A stretch of 64,000 nt of DNA from an uncultured Verrucomicrobiae bacterium (lineage in GTDB: Bacteria; Verrucomicrobiota; Verrucomicrobiia; Chthoniobacterales; UBA10450). The stretch spans positions 1 through 64,000 of the forward strand of contig CAVYXA010000005.1 in assembly GCA_963772365.1 (NCBI GenBank), in the 5' to 3' direction. Below, piece by piece: positions 29,149-37,981 of this stretch; within the stretch, counting starts at the first letter, position 1, and the number at the start of each line of letters is the position of its first letter. Made by a program: the position numbers and the translations under genes. The notes beneath the pieces are model-generated. The model was not told the origin of the DNA, did no database searches, and worked only from the letters and a program-made list of their open reading frames with translations.

Positions 29149-30891
29149 GTGCGCCCGTTGACCGCTCTCGCTTTCAAAGTCCAATCCCGACTCCCTCGTA
29201 GCCGCGCTGTCCATGTCGATCTTATCCTGGCGGCCCTGGTGCTCGTCGCGCTCTGGTTCATTCTGTGCCGGCACCTCAGCGGCGAATGGACGGTCAATGA
29301 GCAATATAATTACGGCTGGTTCGTTCCGTTCCTGGCGCTCTTCCTTTTCTGGCTGCGCTGGGAGGATCGGCCGCCGGTCAGAGGTCAGAGGTCAGAGGTC
29401 AGAGGCCAGAATTCAAAGAACTGGTTGGCAATCGCAATTGCGATCATCGGGCTCTTCTTGCTTTTGCCGATTCGGCTCTTTGAGATCGGCACACCGGAAT
29501 GGCGGCCGCTTGGTTGGATTCACGCCGCGGTTGTGGTAACGATCACGCTCCTTACGATCGGGACGATTGGCGGCCAACCGTGGCTCCGTCATTTTGCCTT
29601 TCCGGTTGCCTTCTTTTTCGTGGCGGTTCCGTGGGTCACGCCGATTGAGGTCCCGATTATTCAAGGATTGATGCGGACCGTCGCCAGTGTCGCCGCGGAA
29701 ACTGCGGCGCTTCTGGGAATCCCGGCTCAACTGGAGGGCAATCTCGTTCGTATCCCGAACGGGCTGGTCGGTGTGAACGAAGCGTGCAGCGGCGTGCGCT
29801 CGTTGCAGACGTCTCTCATGATCGGCCTGCTCTTCGGCGAGCTAAGGCGCCTGTCGATCCTGCGCCGCATTGCGCTTGTCGCGGGGGCAATCGCGATTGC
29901 GCTGGTGGCAAATTTCGGACGCGCCGTGTTTCTGGTTTGGGTAGCCGCGGCAAAAAGTATTCCCGAGATCGATCGCTGGCACGATGTCGCAGGATATACC
30001 ATGGTCGGGCTGGTTTTCCTTGGCTCATGGGGATTAGCGGCATTGCTCGGCAAAGAAAAGAGAGCCGGCGAAATCGGCCATCGGCCATCGGCAATCGGCA
30101 ATCCTTCTTTCACTATTCGTCCTTCACTCTTGCTCATGGCTCTTATTTGGATCGGCGCCGTGGAAATCGGCACCCATCTCTGGTATCGCGCCCACGAACG
30201 AAACCTGGTGGCCAGCACGCCTTGGGGAATTCGCTGGCCCGCGACGGCGTCAAATTTTCGCGAACTGAAGATCGGCCAGGATGTCCGGCGAATCCTGCGT
30301 TTCGACCGCGGCTCGGCTGCTTCGTGGACATCGACAGTTCCAACTCCGGCCGAAACGACGCAGCCGCGGGGCGTGCGACCGGTGACTTGTTTGCTTTATT
30401 TCTTCCGGTGGAATCCCGGTCGAAACAGCGTGCTCATTGCCAATTTGCATCGGCCCGATGTTTGTTTGCCGGCAGTCGGGTGGAAACAGGTCGCCGATAA
30501 TGGCGTGAAAATTTTTCCGGTGACGCCGACGTTCAACCTGCCATTTCGGCATTTTGAGTTTCGCCACGGCGCCGAGCACAACCCCACTGCACAGGTCGCG
30601 CATGCTTTTTACTGTTTGTGGGAAGATCGCGCCACCGATCCCGCTGCCGCCGCTGCCAGGCTGCCGCAAATGGCGGATGTCCCTTCAGCCTGGACGCGCA
30701 GCGAACGCGTCCGCGCTGTGATCGAAGGCCGGCGCCACCTCGGCCAGCAAGTAATGGAATTGGTTATCGAAACCCGTGGCCCGCTCGATGTCGATCAAGC
30801 CAACGCCCAGTTCGCGCAAGCCTTGCCCGGTTTGATCGAACTGCACAGCCAAACCGCTGTGGCCAACGACGGATCCACATCGCCAAAATGA
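29149..30891 (+). CDS. Exosortase-family protein fused to a C-terminal EpsI-like domain (start uncertain)
   Basis: QYNYGWFVP, VNEACSGVRSL (Cys), VANFGR (Arg), WHD (His); HRPDVCLPAVGW EpsI-like motif. Confidence 0.88.
   Translation: MRPLTALAFKVQSRLPRSRAVHVDLILAALVLVALWFILCRHLSGEWTVNEQYNYGWFVPFLALFLFWLRWEDRPPVRGQRSEVRGQNSKNWLAIAIAIIGLFLLLPIRLFEIGTPEWRPLGWIHAAVVVTITLLTIGTIGGQPWLRHFAFPVAFFFVAVPWVTPIEVPIIQGLMRTVASVAAETAALLGIPAQLEGNLVRIPNGLVGVNEACSGVRSLQTSLMIGLLFGELRRLSILRRIALVAGAIAIALVANFGRAVFLVWVAAAKSIPEIDRWHDVAGYTMVGLVFLGSWGLAALLGKEKRAGEIGHRPSAIGNPSFTIRPSLLLMALIWIGAVEIGTHLWYRAHERNLVASTPWGIRWPATASNFRELKIGQDVRRILRFDRGSAASWTSTVPTPAETTQPRGVRPVTCLLYFFRWNPGRNSVLIANLHRPDVCLPAVGWKQVADNGVKIFPVTPTFNLPFRHFEFRHGAEHNPTAQVAHAFYCLWEDRATDPAAAAARLPQMADVPSAWTRSERVRAVIEGRRHLGQQVMELVIETRGPLDVDQANAQFAQALPGLIELHSQTAVANDGSTSPK
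29376..29417 (+). repeat. In-frame heptamer array GGTCAGA x4 plus 2 degenerate units
   Basis: Encodes VRGQRSEVRGQNSK in an exosortase loop. Confidence 0.95.
30071..30104 (+). repeat. In-frame heptamer array C(C/A)ATCGG x~5
   Basis: Encodes EIGHRPSAIGNP at the exosortase/EpsI junction. Confidence 0.9.
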
Positions 30892-30928
30892 TTGACTGTC
30901 CACATATTTAAGGAATCCTTAAGGCTGC

Positions 30929-31183
30929 ATGAAACATTGGGATGTGATGGCGGTTTCGAAGGTGGGCCAGAGCACGTTGCCAAAGTGGTGGCGCGATGCT
31001 TCTGGTCTGACGCGCGGCGGTGTTGTCGAAGTCCGTCCATTGCGCGACGGCAACAACAGCATTGTTCTCACGCCCAAATCTACAAACCGGCGGGGCGTTT
31101 CGGGCGCTGAATTGCTTAAGCAGTTCTCCCGTTGTCCGCGGCCGATACGCCCGCCAGCGCGTCATCGGCTGCCTGTAAGGTGA
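30929..31183 (+). CDS. AbrB/MazE-like antitoxin
   Basis: VSKVGQSTLPKWWRDASGL..VVEV..IVLTP; overlaps the PIN gene (GTGA). Confidence 0.8.
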   Translation: MKHWDVMAVSKVGQSTLPKWWRDASGLTRGGVVEVRPLRDGNNSIVLTPKSTNRRGVSGAELLKQFSRCPRPIRPPARHRLPVR

Positions 31184-31587
31184 GCGTTCTGCTGGACGCC
31201 GATCTGCTGTCGATGCTGGAGCGTAAACGCGTCCCGACCAAATTGGCTGATTGGATGAATCGGCAGGGCGATTTGGTCATCAGTGTCGTGTCATTAGCAG
31301 AGTTGGAATTCGGGTTACGGCAATCGCCCGCCGCGCATCGTTCCGCCTTGAACAACTGGTTGAGCGAAACGCGGCAAAAGTTTGCCACCGCGACGGAGCA
31401 ATTGACCGAGCCAGTATTACTGCGATGGAAACAGTTGCTCGCCGATCTGAAGAAGAAAAAGCGGACCATGACATGCGAGGATTCATTAATTGCCGCGACC
31501 GCGTTGTTCCACGGGCACACTGTGGCCACACGCAATACCCGCCACTTCAAGCCCGCAGAGGTACCGCTAATCGATCCGCTGCTGTAG
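31180..31587 (+). CDS. vapC: PIN-domain (VapC-like) toxin
   Basis: VLLDAD, ISVVSLAELEFG, DSLIAATAL.HG.TVATRNTRHF. Confidence 0.88.
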   Translation: MSVLLDADLLSMLERKRVPTKLADWMNRQGDLVISVVSLAELEFGLRQSPAAHRSALNNWLSETRQKFATATEQLTEPVLLRWKQLLADLKKKKRTMTCEDSLIAATALFHGHTVATRNTRHFKPAEVPLIDPLL

Positions 31588-31632
31588 GCAAGACGTGGTA
31601 AATGGAAATCTTCGATTAGTTGATTCTGGATC

Positions 31633-33465
31633 GTGGCCACAACGGATTTCATGCTCACAGCCGAAGAGCGGCGGCTCAAGCGGCTCAAGCGGCGTCGCAT
31701 TGTATTGTCGATCGTCAGCGTGGTCGTCGTACTGGTCATTGGCTACTTCGCGGGGCGATCCGCACTGAATGCCGTTAAAGCCTGGCAGGCGCGCCGGCAC
31801 GCCGGAAAAGCATTTCGCTACATCGAGGCGGAACAATGGATCGACGCCCGAAATGAAGCGACCGCTGCCTATCAACTTCGCCCGACCGAGCCGCAGGCGA
31901 TGCGCGCGGTGGCGCGGTTCCTTTCCCGCACCCGCCAGATCGAAGCGCTGGATTTTTGGAAACAACTCCGGACGTCTTCGGTGCCGCTGAGTCGGCAGGA
32001 TTTGCGCGACGAGGCCGCGATCGCAATTTCTGCCGGCGAAACCTTGCGGGCCGAAGAAGCCGTGCGCGCGCTGTTGGCGACCAAACCGGAACCGACTGAT
32101 TGGCTGCTCGCGGCCCAACTGTCGATCCATAAAGGCGTGCCCGAGGGAGCGACTGGGTTCCTCGACAAAATATTCAACGATGCGCGCGCCACCGAGCGCG
32201 AACAATTTCAAGCTGCGCTGCTCAAGCTGACTACCGCGACGGACCCTGCATTGGTGGACGCCGCATGGGCGCAGGTGGAAAAACTTTCTCGTGGTCAAAG
32301 CGCGACCGCGCTCGATGCCCTCGTGATCCTGGCCAGTCGCGCGCTGTCGGAGGTCAGAGACCAGAATTCAGAGGACAGAAATCAGAGGTCAGGGGCTGAG
32401 AAACTGAGCCGGGCCCTGGAAACGCATCCGCTGGCAAAGGCGCCGCAGAAATTGATCGCGCTCGATCTGCTCGAACATGTCGATCCTGCGCAGCGACAGG
32501 CCTTGATCGGGCGCGCCATTGCCGAATGGAAAGATGCCGAGCCTTCATCGCTGGCCGCGCTGGCGACGTGGCTCAATGGCAAGGGCGAATATCAACGCGA
32601 GCTCGACACCATCCCGCTTAGCAAAACGCTGCAAAACCGCGAGCTTTTCCTCCAGCGCCTCGACGCGCTGGCCGCACTTGACCGCTGGGAGGAAGTCAAA
32701 CAACTCGTGGACAACAACCGTTTTCCACTCGACCCGTTCGTCCAAAAAATGTATCTGGCGCGATGCAACGCCAAGCTGGGCGAAAAAGTCGCTGCCGAAA
32801 ACAATTGGCAGCGGGCATTGGAAGACACAGCTGGCGATCCGACCAAACTGATGACAGTGGGCGATTACGCAGAAAAGAACGGCCTGCTTGATATAGCTGC
32901 TTCCGCCTACAATAACGCAATCGCCGAGGCGCCAAAATTGCGTGCCGCCTACCAGGGCCGATTGCGAGTCGCGCAAGCCGGTGGCAACACGAAAAATATT
33001 CACGCTGTAGTCGCCGATATGCTGCGGGTGTGGCCTAACGATCCCGCAGTTCAAAATGACGAAGCCTATTTGCGATTGCTGCTGCTTGGAGGATCGGGAT
33101 CTCCGGCATCGGGAGAAGAACACGAGCCTCCGGCTGAGGCCTCAACATTCAATGCTCAAGGTTCAACGCTCGATGAAATCGAGAAGCTGGGTGAAAAACT
33201 AGTGCAGAAAAATCCTGCCAGCATGCCCCATCGAACACTGCTGGCTCTGGCACGGCTGCGCCAAAATCGCCCGGCAGATGCCCTGGCGACCTATGCCAAC
33301 ATTCAGGTGACGCCGCGCGCGCTTACGCCCTCGGCACTCGCTGTCCACGCTGCGGTATTATCCGCCAACGGGCACGAGGAGGACGCAAGAGCGGAAGTCG
33401 GCCAGGTGCGGGTTGAAGATCTCTTGCCGGAAGAACGCGCCCTGATCGCAGGTGTCCGGAAATAG
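31633..33465 (+). CDS. Membrane-anchored TPR-like helical protein, paralog A
   Basis: N-terminal TM after KRRR, Ala/Leu-rich helical repeats, colinear with 37982..39769; heptamer inserts at 32347-32393 and 33141-33175. Confidence 0.8.
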   Translation: MATTDFMLTAEERRLKRLKRRRIVLSIVSVVVVLVIGYFAGRSALNAVKAWQARRHAGKAFRYIEAEQWIDARNEATAAYQLRPTEPQAMRAVARFLSRTRQIEALDFWKQLRTSSVPLSRQDLRDEAAIAISAGETLRAEEAVRALLATKPEPTDWLLAAQLSIHKGVPEGATGFLDKIFNDARATEREQFQAALLKLTTATDPALVDAAWAQVEKLSRGQSATALDALVILASRALSEVRDQNSEDRNQRSGAEKLSRALETHPLAKAPQKLIALDLLEHVDPAQRQALIGRAIAEWKDAEPSSLAALATWLNGKGEYQRELDTIPLSKTLQNRELFLQRLDALAALDRWEEVKQLVDNNRFPLDPFVQKMYLARCNAKLGEKVAAENNWQRALEDTAGDPTKLMTVGDYAEKNGLLDIAASAYNNAIAEAPKLRAAYQGRLRVAQAGGNTKNIHAVVADMLRVWPNDPAVQNDEAYLRLLLLGGSGSPASGEEHEPPAEASTFNAQGSTLDEIEKLGEKLVQKNPASMPHRTLLALARLRQNRPADALATYANIQVTPRALTPSALAVHAAVLSANGHEEDARAEVGQVRVEDLLPEERALIAGVRK

Positions 33466-33547
33466 AAGACGACCGGATCTCGTGCGGCCCCGCCTGTTAG
33501 TTGGCTAGAACGCTCGATTGCCAATCTCGGCGATGGTCGTCGAGAGA

Positions 33548-34160
33548 CTAAATCCTCTCCGAGCTTTCTGCGCTTTGGCGGCGAGAGAAGCGCTGCAAAC
33601 CGAAGAGGAGGAGCACGGGAAACGCGAGCCAAATGGTCGAGATCGATTCGGGGACGCCCACGACGACGTTATCGAGCCGGAAAAAGTCATTACCATGCTG
33701 GTAACGGAATTCCAAAGTAGTCGATGACCCCGTGGCCAGCAGGCCTGAAAACTGGAACTGCGTGTAGTCAAAGGTGGTCGTCTGCGGTTCGAGGATTGTA
33801 AAGATCGATACGTTGTTCCAAAAAACCTCGAAATAATCGCTGTTATCGAGGCCGGCAGTAAAATCGTTGGCCAGCCAGAATGAGAGATGATAGGTACGAT
33901 CCGGGAGAGGTGGTGAGGTTTTGATTCAGTGATCCAACGTTAGGATAGGCGCCTAAATATGCATAGTGACTTCCATCTTCGGCAAGGAGGGCGTTGTCAT
34001 CGACCCCGCTAAAACCGCTCGCGTCAACGTTAGTCCAGCCGCTGAAATCGCCGGTTTCAAAGCTGTGGTTCGCCACGATATTCGCCGATTGCGATGGGGA
34101 GGTGGCGGCACAGACGAGCCCGACGATGGCGAGGATTTTTGCCGGGAGCGAGAGTTTCAT
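33548..34160 (-). CDS. Secreted protein with a variant PEP-CTERM-like tail (VPES); frameshift near 33890
   Basis: Signal peptide, NHSFETGDFSGW; manual translation of the 3' part ends FRLDNVVVGVPESISTIWLAFPVLLLFGLQRFSRR. Confidence 0.8.
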
Positions 34161-34277
34161 GAGGGTCTCATGGGAGTTACGATGGGAACAGGATTACACC
34201 AGAGCGCATAGGCATCAGTCAAGTCATTTTTCTGCTCCCTACGAACAATTTATTCACAGCGCTAGTTTCCGCCCTGC

Positions 34278-36086
34278 CTAGCGTTTTGGGGGCGGCTGGG
34301 TCGATGAGGCGGCTTCTCCGCTCTTCGCCCACGCCTCGAGATGCGCCTGATAAAGTTGGGCGAGGGCAGTTGAGTGCGGATCGCGCGCGCGCGCGACGCC
34401 AAACATCCATTCGGCTTCGGGGAAGCGGCCCAACTGGTCGTAAGCAATTGCCAGATCGAGTGCGAAATTGCCATCGAGAGGTGCCAGCCGATGCGCTTGT
34501 TCGAACGCAGCCACCGCTTCGGCGGGTGGGGGCGGCGGCGACCCGCTCTGCTCGGCTTTGAAACGCAGCGCGAGCAAGGCGCGGCCGAGATAGAAAAAGA
34601 TCATGGGATTTTTGCGTTCGAACCGGAGAGCCTTTCTCGCAAAGAGGATAGCGGTCGCGGGCTCCTCGTTTTCCAGAGCAATCCGCGCCCGCAAGGCAAA
34701 ATACTCACCCGGGAAAAGGCGCGTCGCCTGCACCAGCAGCACAATGGCAAGCAGAGTCGTTACAATTCTCGGCGCAAAACTCGGAATAGGCCGCGCGTCA
34801 GCCGAACCGATTTTCAGGCCCGGACTGGCCACAATTCCAAACGCGAAGGCGAGGAGCACGGCATTCGCGGGAATGTGAAGATTGAAATCAACGATTGAAT
34901 GGACGGCGTAGGCAGCGATTGCCCCCAGGGCTCCGAGATTGAGCGCGAGGCGATTGCTCCGAAAGAAGCTGCCCGCGTGGATCCGTCGCGGGCCGAGGAT
35001 CAGGAAGGTGCGCCATCCGCGGCGCAGATGCGCATAGAGGAAGAAAAGGAATCCGGCGAAACCGACCAGGCCGTATTCGCAGAGCAGGTGAAGGTAGTCG
35101 TTGTGCACGTAGAGCGGATCGTTTTGCATGCGTGCACTGCGGAATTGGCGTCCATAAAAGCGATAGGTGCCGCTCCCGGTCCCAATGAACGGTTGCAATT
35201 TCCATTGCTCAAAGGCGGCGCGCCAAAGATCAAAGCGGGCATCATTGGCCACAGAAATCTTTTCCATTCGCGCGCGGACCTGCGCGTTCTGCGAGATCAG
35301 AGATCCGGCCGCGACCAACGCGACGACCAGCGCGACCAGCGCGCCGGCGCCAAGCCAGAGGAGGGATCTTCGCCCGGCTGGCCGCAGGGCGATGAGGCTG
35401 AGGAAAAGAAAGAGGAGGAGGCTGGCCCCCGCGCTCAGATATCCTCCGCGGCTGCCAGTCATGGCGAGGCCCACATAGCAGATCGCCGTGAGATAACCAA
35501 AAATCACCCGGGCCGACTTCGGCCAGCGACTCCAGCAGGTAATGGCGAGACCGAACACCCCGAGAATCTCGAGCAGCCCGGCGAGGTTATTCGGGTTGGT
35601 GTAGAGGCCGCTGGCCCGGTGCATCCCGGTTATGTTTTCCAGGTAAGGAAGGGGCTTGAAATTCTCGGCCACGCCGAATTGAACGAACCCGACAAAAACG
35701 TGGAGGACGGCGACGGCCAGCAGCGCCATGATGAGCGCAAGACGGCGGTCCGAGCTGGCCATGGCCGTGATCGTCAGGCCATAAACGACGAGCGCCGCCA
35801 GGACCGAATAGAGATCGGCCCGGGCGAAGTAGGGCGCTGGCGAGGTGAGCGCCCGGGTCGCGAGATAGCCGCAGAAGAGAGCGGTCGCCGCGAGACAAAG
35901 ACGATCGGCCGGGGAACTGGACTGGAGAAAAAAGGCAATCAGTGCCGCGACCCCGATCAGGCCATAAGAAGGGAGACAAAGCCCGAGTTCCTTGCCCCCG
36001 ATGAGCACTTGCAGGAGGGCGAGTCCAATGGCCAGGAACAGAAGGCAAAAAAAATTCCCGAGACGGGAAACCCACGGACTCGTCAC
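34278..36086 (-). CDS. O-antigen ligase family protein with C-terminal TPR (candidate protein O-oligosaccharyltransferase)
   Basis: RASGLYTNPNNLAG, TGSRGG, PFIGTGSG, HNDYLHLL.EYG, VHSIVDFNLHIPAN. Confidence 0.88.
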   Translation of the reverse strand: MTSPWVSRLGNFFCLLFLAIGLALLQVLIGGKELGLCLPSYGLIGVAALIAFFLQSSSPADRLCLAATALFCGYLATRALTSPAPYFARADLYSVLAALVVYGLTITAMASSDRRLALIMALLAVAVLHVFVGFVQFGVAENFKPLPYLENITGMHRASGLYTNPNNLAGLLEILGVFGLAITCWSRWPKSARVIFGYLTAICYVGLAMTGSRGGYLSAGASLLLFLFLSLIALRPAGRRSLLWLGAGALVALVVALVAAGSLISQNAQVRARMEKISVANDARFDLWRAAFEQWKLQPFIGTGSGTYRFYGRQFRSARMQNDPLYVHNDYLHLLCEYGLVGFAGFLFFLYAHLRRGWRTFLILGPRRIHAGSFFRSNRLALNLGALGAIAAYAVHSIVDFNLHIPANAVLLAFAFGIVASPGLKIGSADARPIPSFAPRIVTTLLAIVLLVQATRLFPGEYFALRARIALENEEPATAILFARKALRFERKNPMIFFYLGRALLALRFKAEQSGSPPPPPAEAVAAFEQAHRLAPLDGNFALDLAIAYDQLGRFPEAEWMFGVARARDPHSTALAQLYQAHLEAWAKSGEAASSTQPPPKR

Positions 36087-36152
36087 AGAATTCGCTTCAG
36101 GATTCGCAGCTCAGCAAGAAGCGCCACCACGAAACCTGCGACAGGTGTTAAC

Positions 36153-36392
36153 TTATTGGCTGGCCGGGCAGGCGCCCACCGTGTCGCCGTGGCCGATGTG
36201 CCGCTGATAATCCGGACTGCCGCACACCACCGTAATTGTGAGGGCCTTCTTATGGCAGAGGGTGCAATCGGTTGCCAACGCGCGCGGCGCCGTGGCGAAC
36301 CAGACGGCAATAGCGAGGCCGACGCCGATGAGGAGGCAGGCCAGCGTCAGCACAACACGGCAACGATCAATAAAATTGTGGAGTTTTTTCAC
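36153..36392 (-). CDS. Small exported Cys/His-rich protein (CTLCH...HIGHGD..GAC)
   Basis: TM/signal segment then a ~35-aa CH..H.HGD..G.C motif; co-oriented with the ligase gene. Confidence 0.65.
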   Translation of the reverse strand: MKKLHNFIDRCRVVLTLACLLIGVGLAIAVWFATAPRALATDCTLCHKKALTITVVCGSPDYQRHIGHGDTVGACPASQ

Positions 36393-36468
36393 AGTGCTGA
36401 GTAATTTCTAAGGACCATCTTTTAATGAGTTCGAAACGGAATAGCAAGCATATTTTTTGGCGATCGGC

Positions 36469-36561
36469 GTGAAGATCACGCTGTCCGGTAGGCTGGGAGA
36501 CGATGCCAAACATTATCAGGAGCGAGATCTAAAGCGTGCAATCGAAAAGACCCAATCATGA
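36469..36561 (+). pseudogene. C-terminal remnant of a HicA-like toxin
   Basis: ITLSGRLGDDAKHYQERDLKRAI; TGA overlaps the ATG of the HicB-like gene. Confidence 0.65.
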
Positions 36562-36788
36562 GCAAACCATCTGACCGGTAGATGAAAGTTGTAGCTTGGA
36601 GCGAGGAGGACCAGTGCTACGTCGGCCGCTGTCCCGGCCTGATGCTGGGCGGGGTGCACGGCAGCGATGAACAAGCTGTTTATGCCGAACTGTGTGAAGC
36701 GGTCGACGAGTGGATTGCGTTATGCGAAGCCGAAGGCCTACCACTTCCGGGAGCGACATCCCTTCGCGAAATCGAAGCGATGGTATGA
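36558..36788 (+). pseudogene. HicB-like antitoxin with in-frame TAG at 36579-36581 (or intact from ATG 36582)
   Basis: WSEEDQCYVGRCPGL..GVHG..ELCEAVDEWI..LPLP. Confidence 0.75.
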
Positions 36789-36939
36789 GCCGTTGTTGCT
36801 TCGGTCTTGCCCGGACCAAATGAGACAGAAGGAATCCGGGCTGGAGAGGGTTTCTCGCTTTGACGCGCTCGGGTCCTGAATTTTAAGAGAAGGAAGGGGC
36901 TTAGTTACCTTGTTTAGAATTCTGAGTTTCAGATTTTTA

Positions 36940-37015
36940 ACAGAAGGAAACAAAGTTAACGAAGGTTTTGGCAACCCCCTGCTTCAGAATCTTTGTTGCC
37001 TTCGTTATCTTCTGT
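36940..37015. repeat. Imperfect 25-bp inverted repeat built from 9-bp-period units
   Basis: ACAGAAGGAAACAAAGTTAACGAAG ... CTTTGTTGCCTTCGTTATCTTCTGT (19/25 match). Confidence 0.8.
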
Positions 37016-37120
37016 GGAGTTTTCTCTGAAATTTTTAACTGTTTCAGAATCTTTGTGTGCTCTTCAGGCTGGAAAAGGATCTGATCAGCATGTATGCTGT
37101 CAAAGATCGGAAGCAAGCTT

Positions 37121-37303
37121 ATGGGTAACGCCAGCACTCTCAAGAAACCAACCCTGGAGTCGCTGGCTGCGGAGATGCGCCGACTTCAGGAGCGCCTCGA
37201 GGACATTGAAGACCTTATTGAGCTCCGCAGCGCCGTGGAACGCAATGTCGGCAAACCAGGAGTGCCATGGGAAAAAGTAAAGGCTGAGCTGGATCTCGAC
37301 TGA
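37121..37303 (+). CDS. Small orphan antitoxin-like protein
   Basis: ERLEDIEDL..PWEKVKAELDL pattern typical of type II antitoxin C-termini; no toxin follows. Confidence 0.6.
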   Translation: MGNASTLKKPTLESLAAEMRRLQERLEDIEDLIELRSAVERNVGKPGVPWEKVKAELDLD

Positions 37304-37409
37304 CCTTCTTTGCCCGCCGTAGTCCGGCTGCTGCCGGACGAAGGCGGCTGACCGCTGACATTCTTCTGTTTAAACCCTGGCTGACAGGGCGCTTATTCTG
37401 GAATTCAGT

Positions 37410-37870
37410 TACTTACGACGAATTCTTATTTGCAGTTCAAGGTCAAGCTGTCGGAAATCTTTACGTATTACTCCCAATTTACCCCCGGCGCGGCTTTCGT
37501 CCCTGGTCCCTTGCCGGAGGTGGGACAGGGCGTGAACACGCCGTATAGCGGCACCACGCTCTCGGCGACCAGTTCAACTATCCACTTCGGCGACCCCACT
37601 ATACCAGCCGGGGACCACTCCAGCGCCTCCAGGGGGGATCTATGCGACTGGTCCGGCAGTATGTGAGCCATTTGGAGCCGCCAACAATAACGAATTTGCC
37701 CTGATCATCACCGGCACCTTCGTGGTGGATGCAGCATTTGCGGGGATCAATCTGCCGTTCGCGCTAGCGTCCGATGATGGGTCTCTGCTTTCTATACCTG
37801 ATAGCACCGGCACTTCAACGGTGCTGGACAATGGAGGATATCACGTAGCCATTACGGCCATTAGCGGAAT
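37410..37870 (+). pseudogene. Fragment of a secreted PA14-like domain protein
   Basis: NNNEFALIITGTFVV..FALASDDGSLLSI..VLDNGGYH; broken frames, no start. Confidence 0.5.
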
Positions 37871-37981
37871 GTCTCCCGTAGTCCTATCAAACCGGATCAC
37901 GCGACTTTCAAACCTAAGTGCCTAACGAACAGTTAGGAAGGCGGTGGAACGAGGTTGGGTAGTTCGACGATCGAACTGCGG

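Noticed and set aside
34899..36404. 501-aa plus-strand ORF
   Set aside because: Antisense shadow of the O-antigen ligase gene, low-complexity and without motifs.
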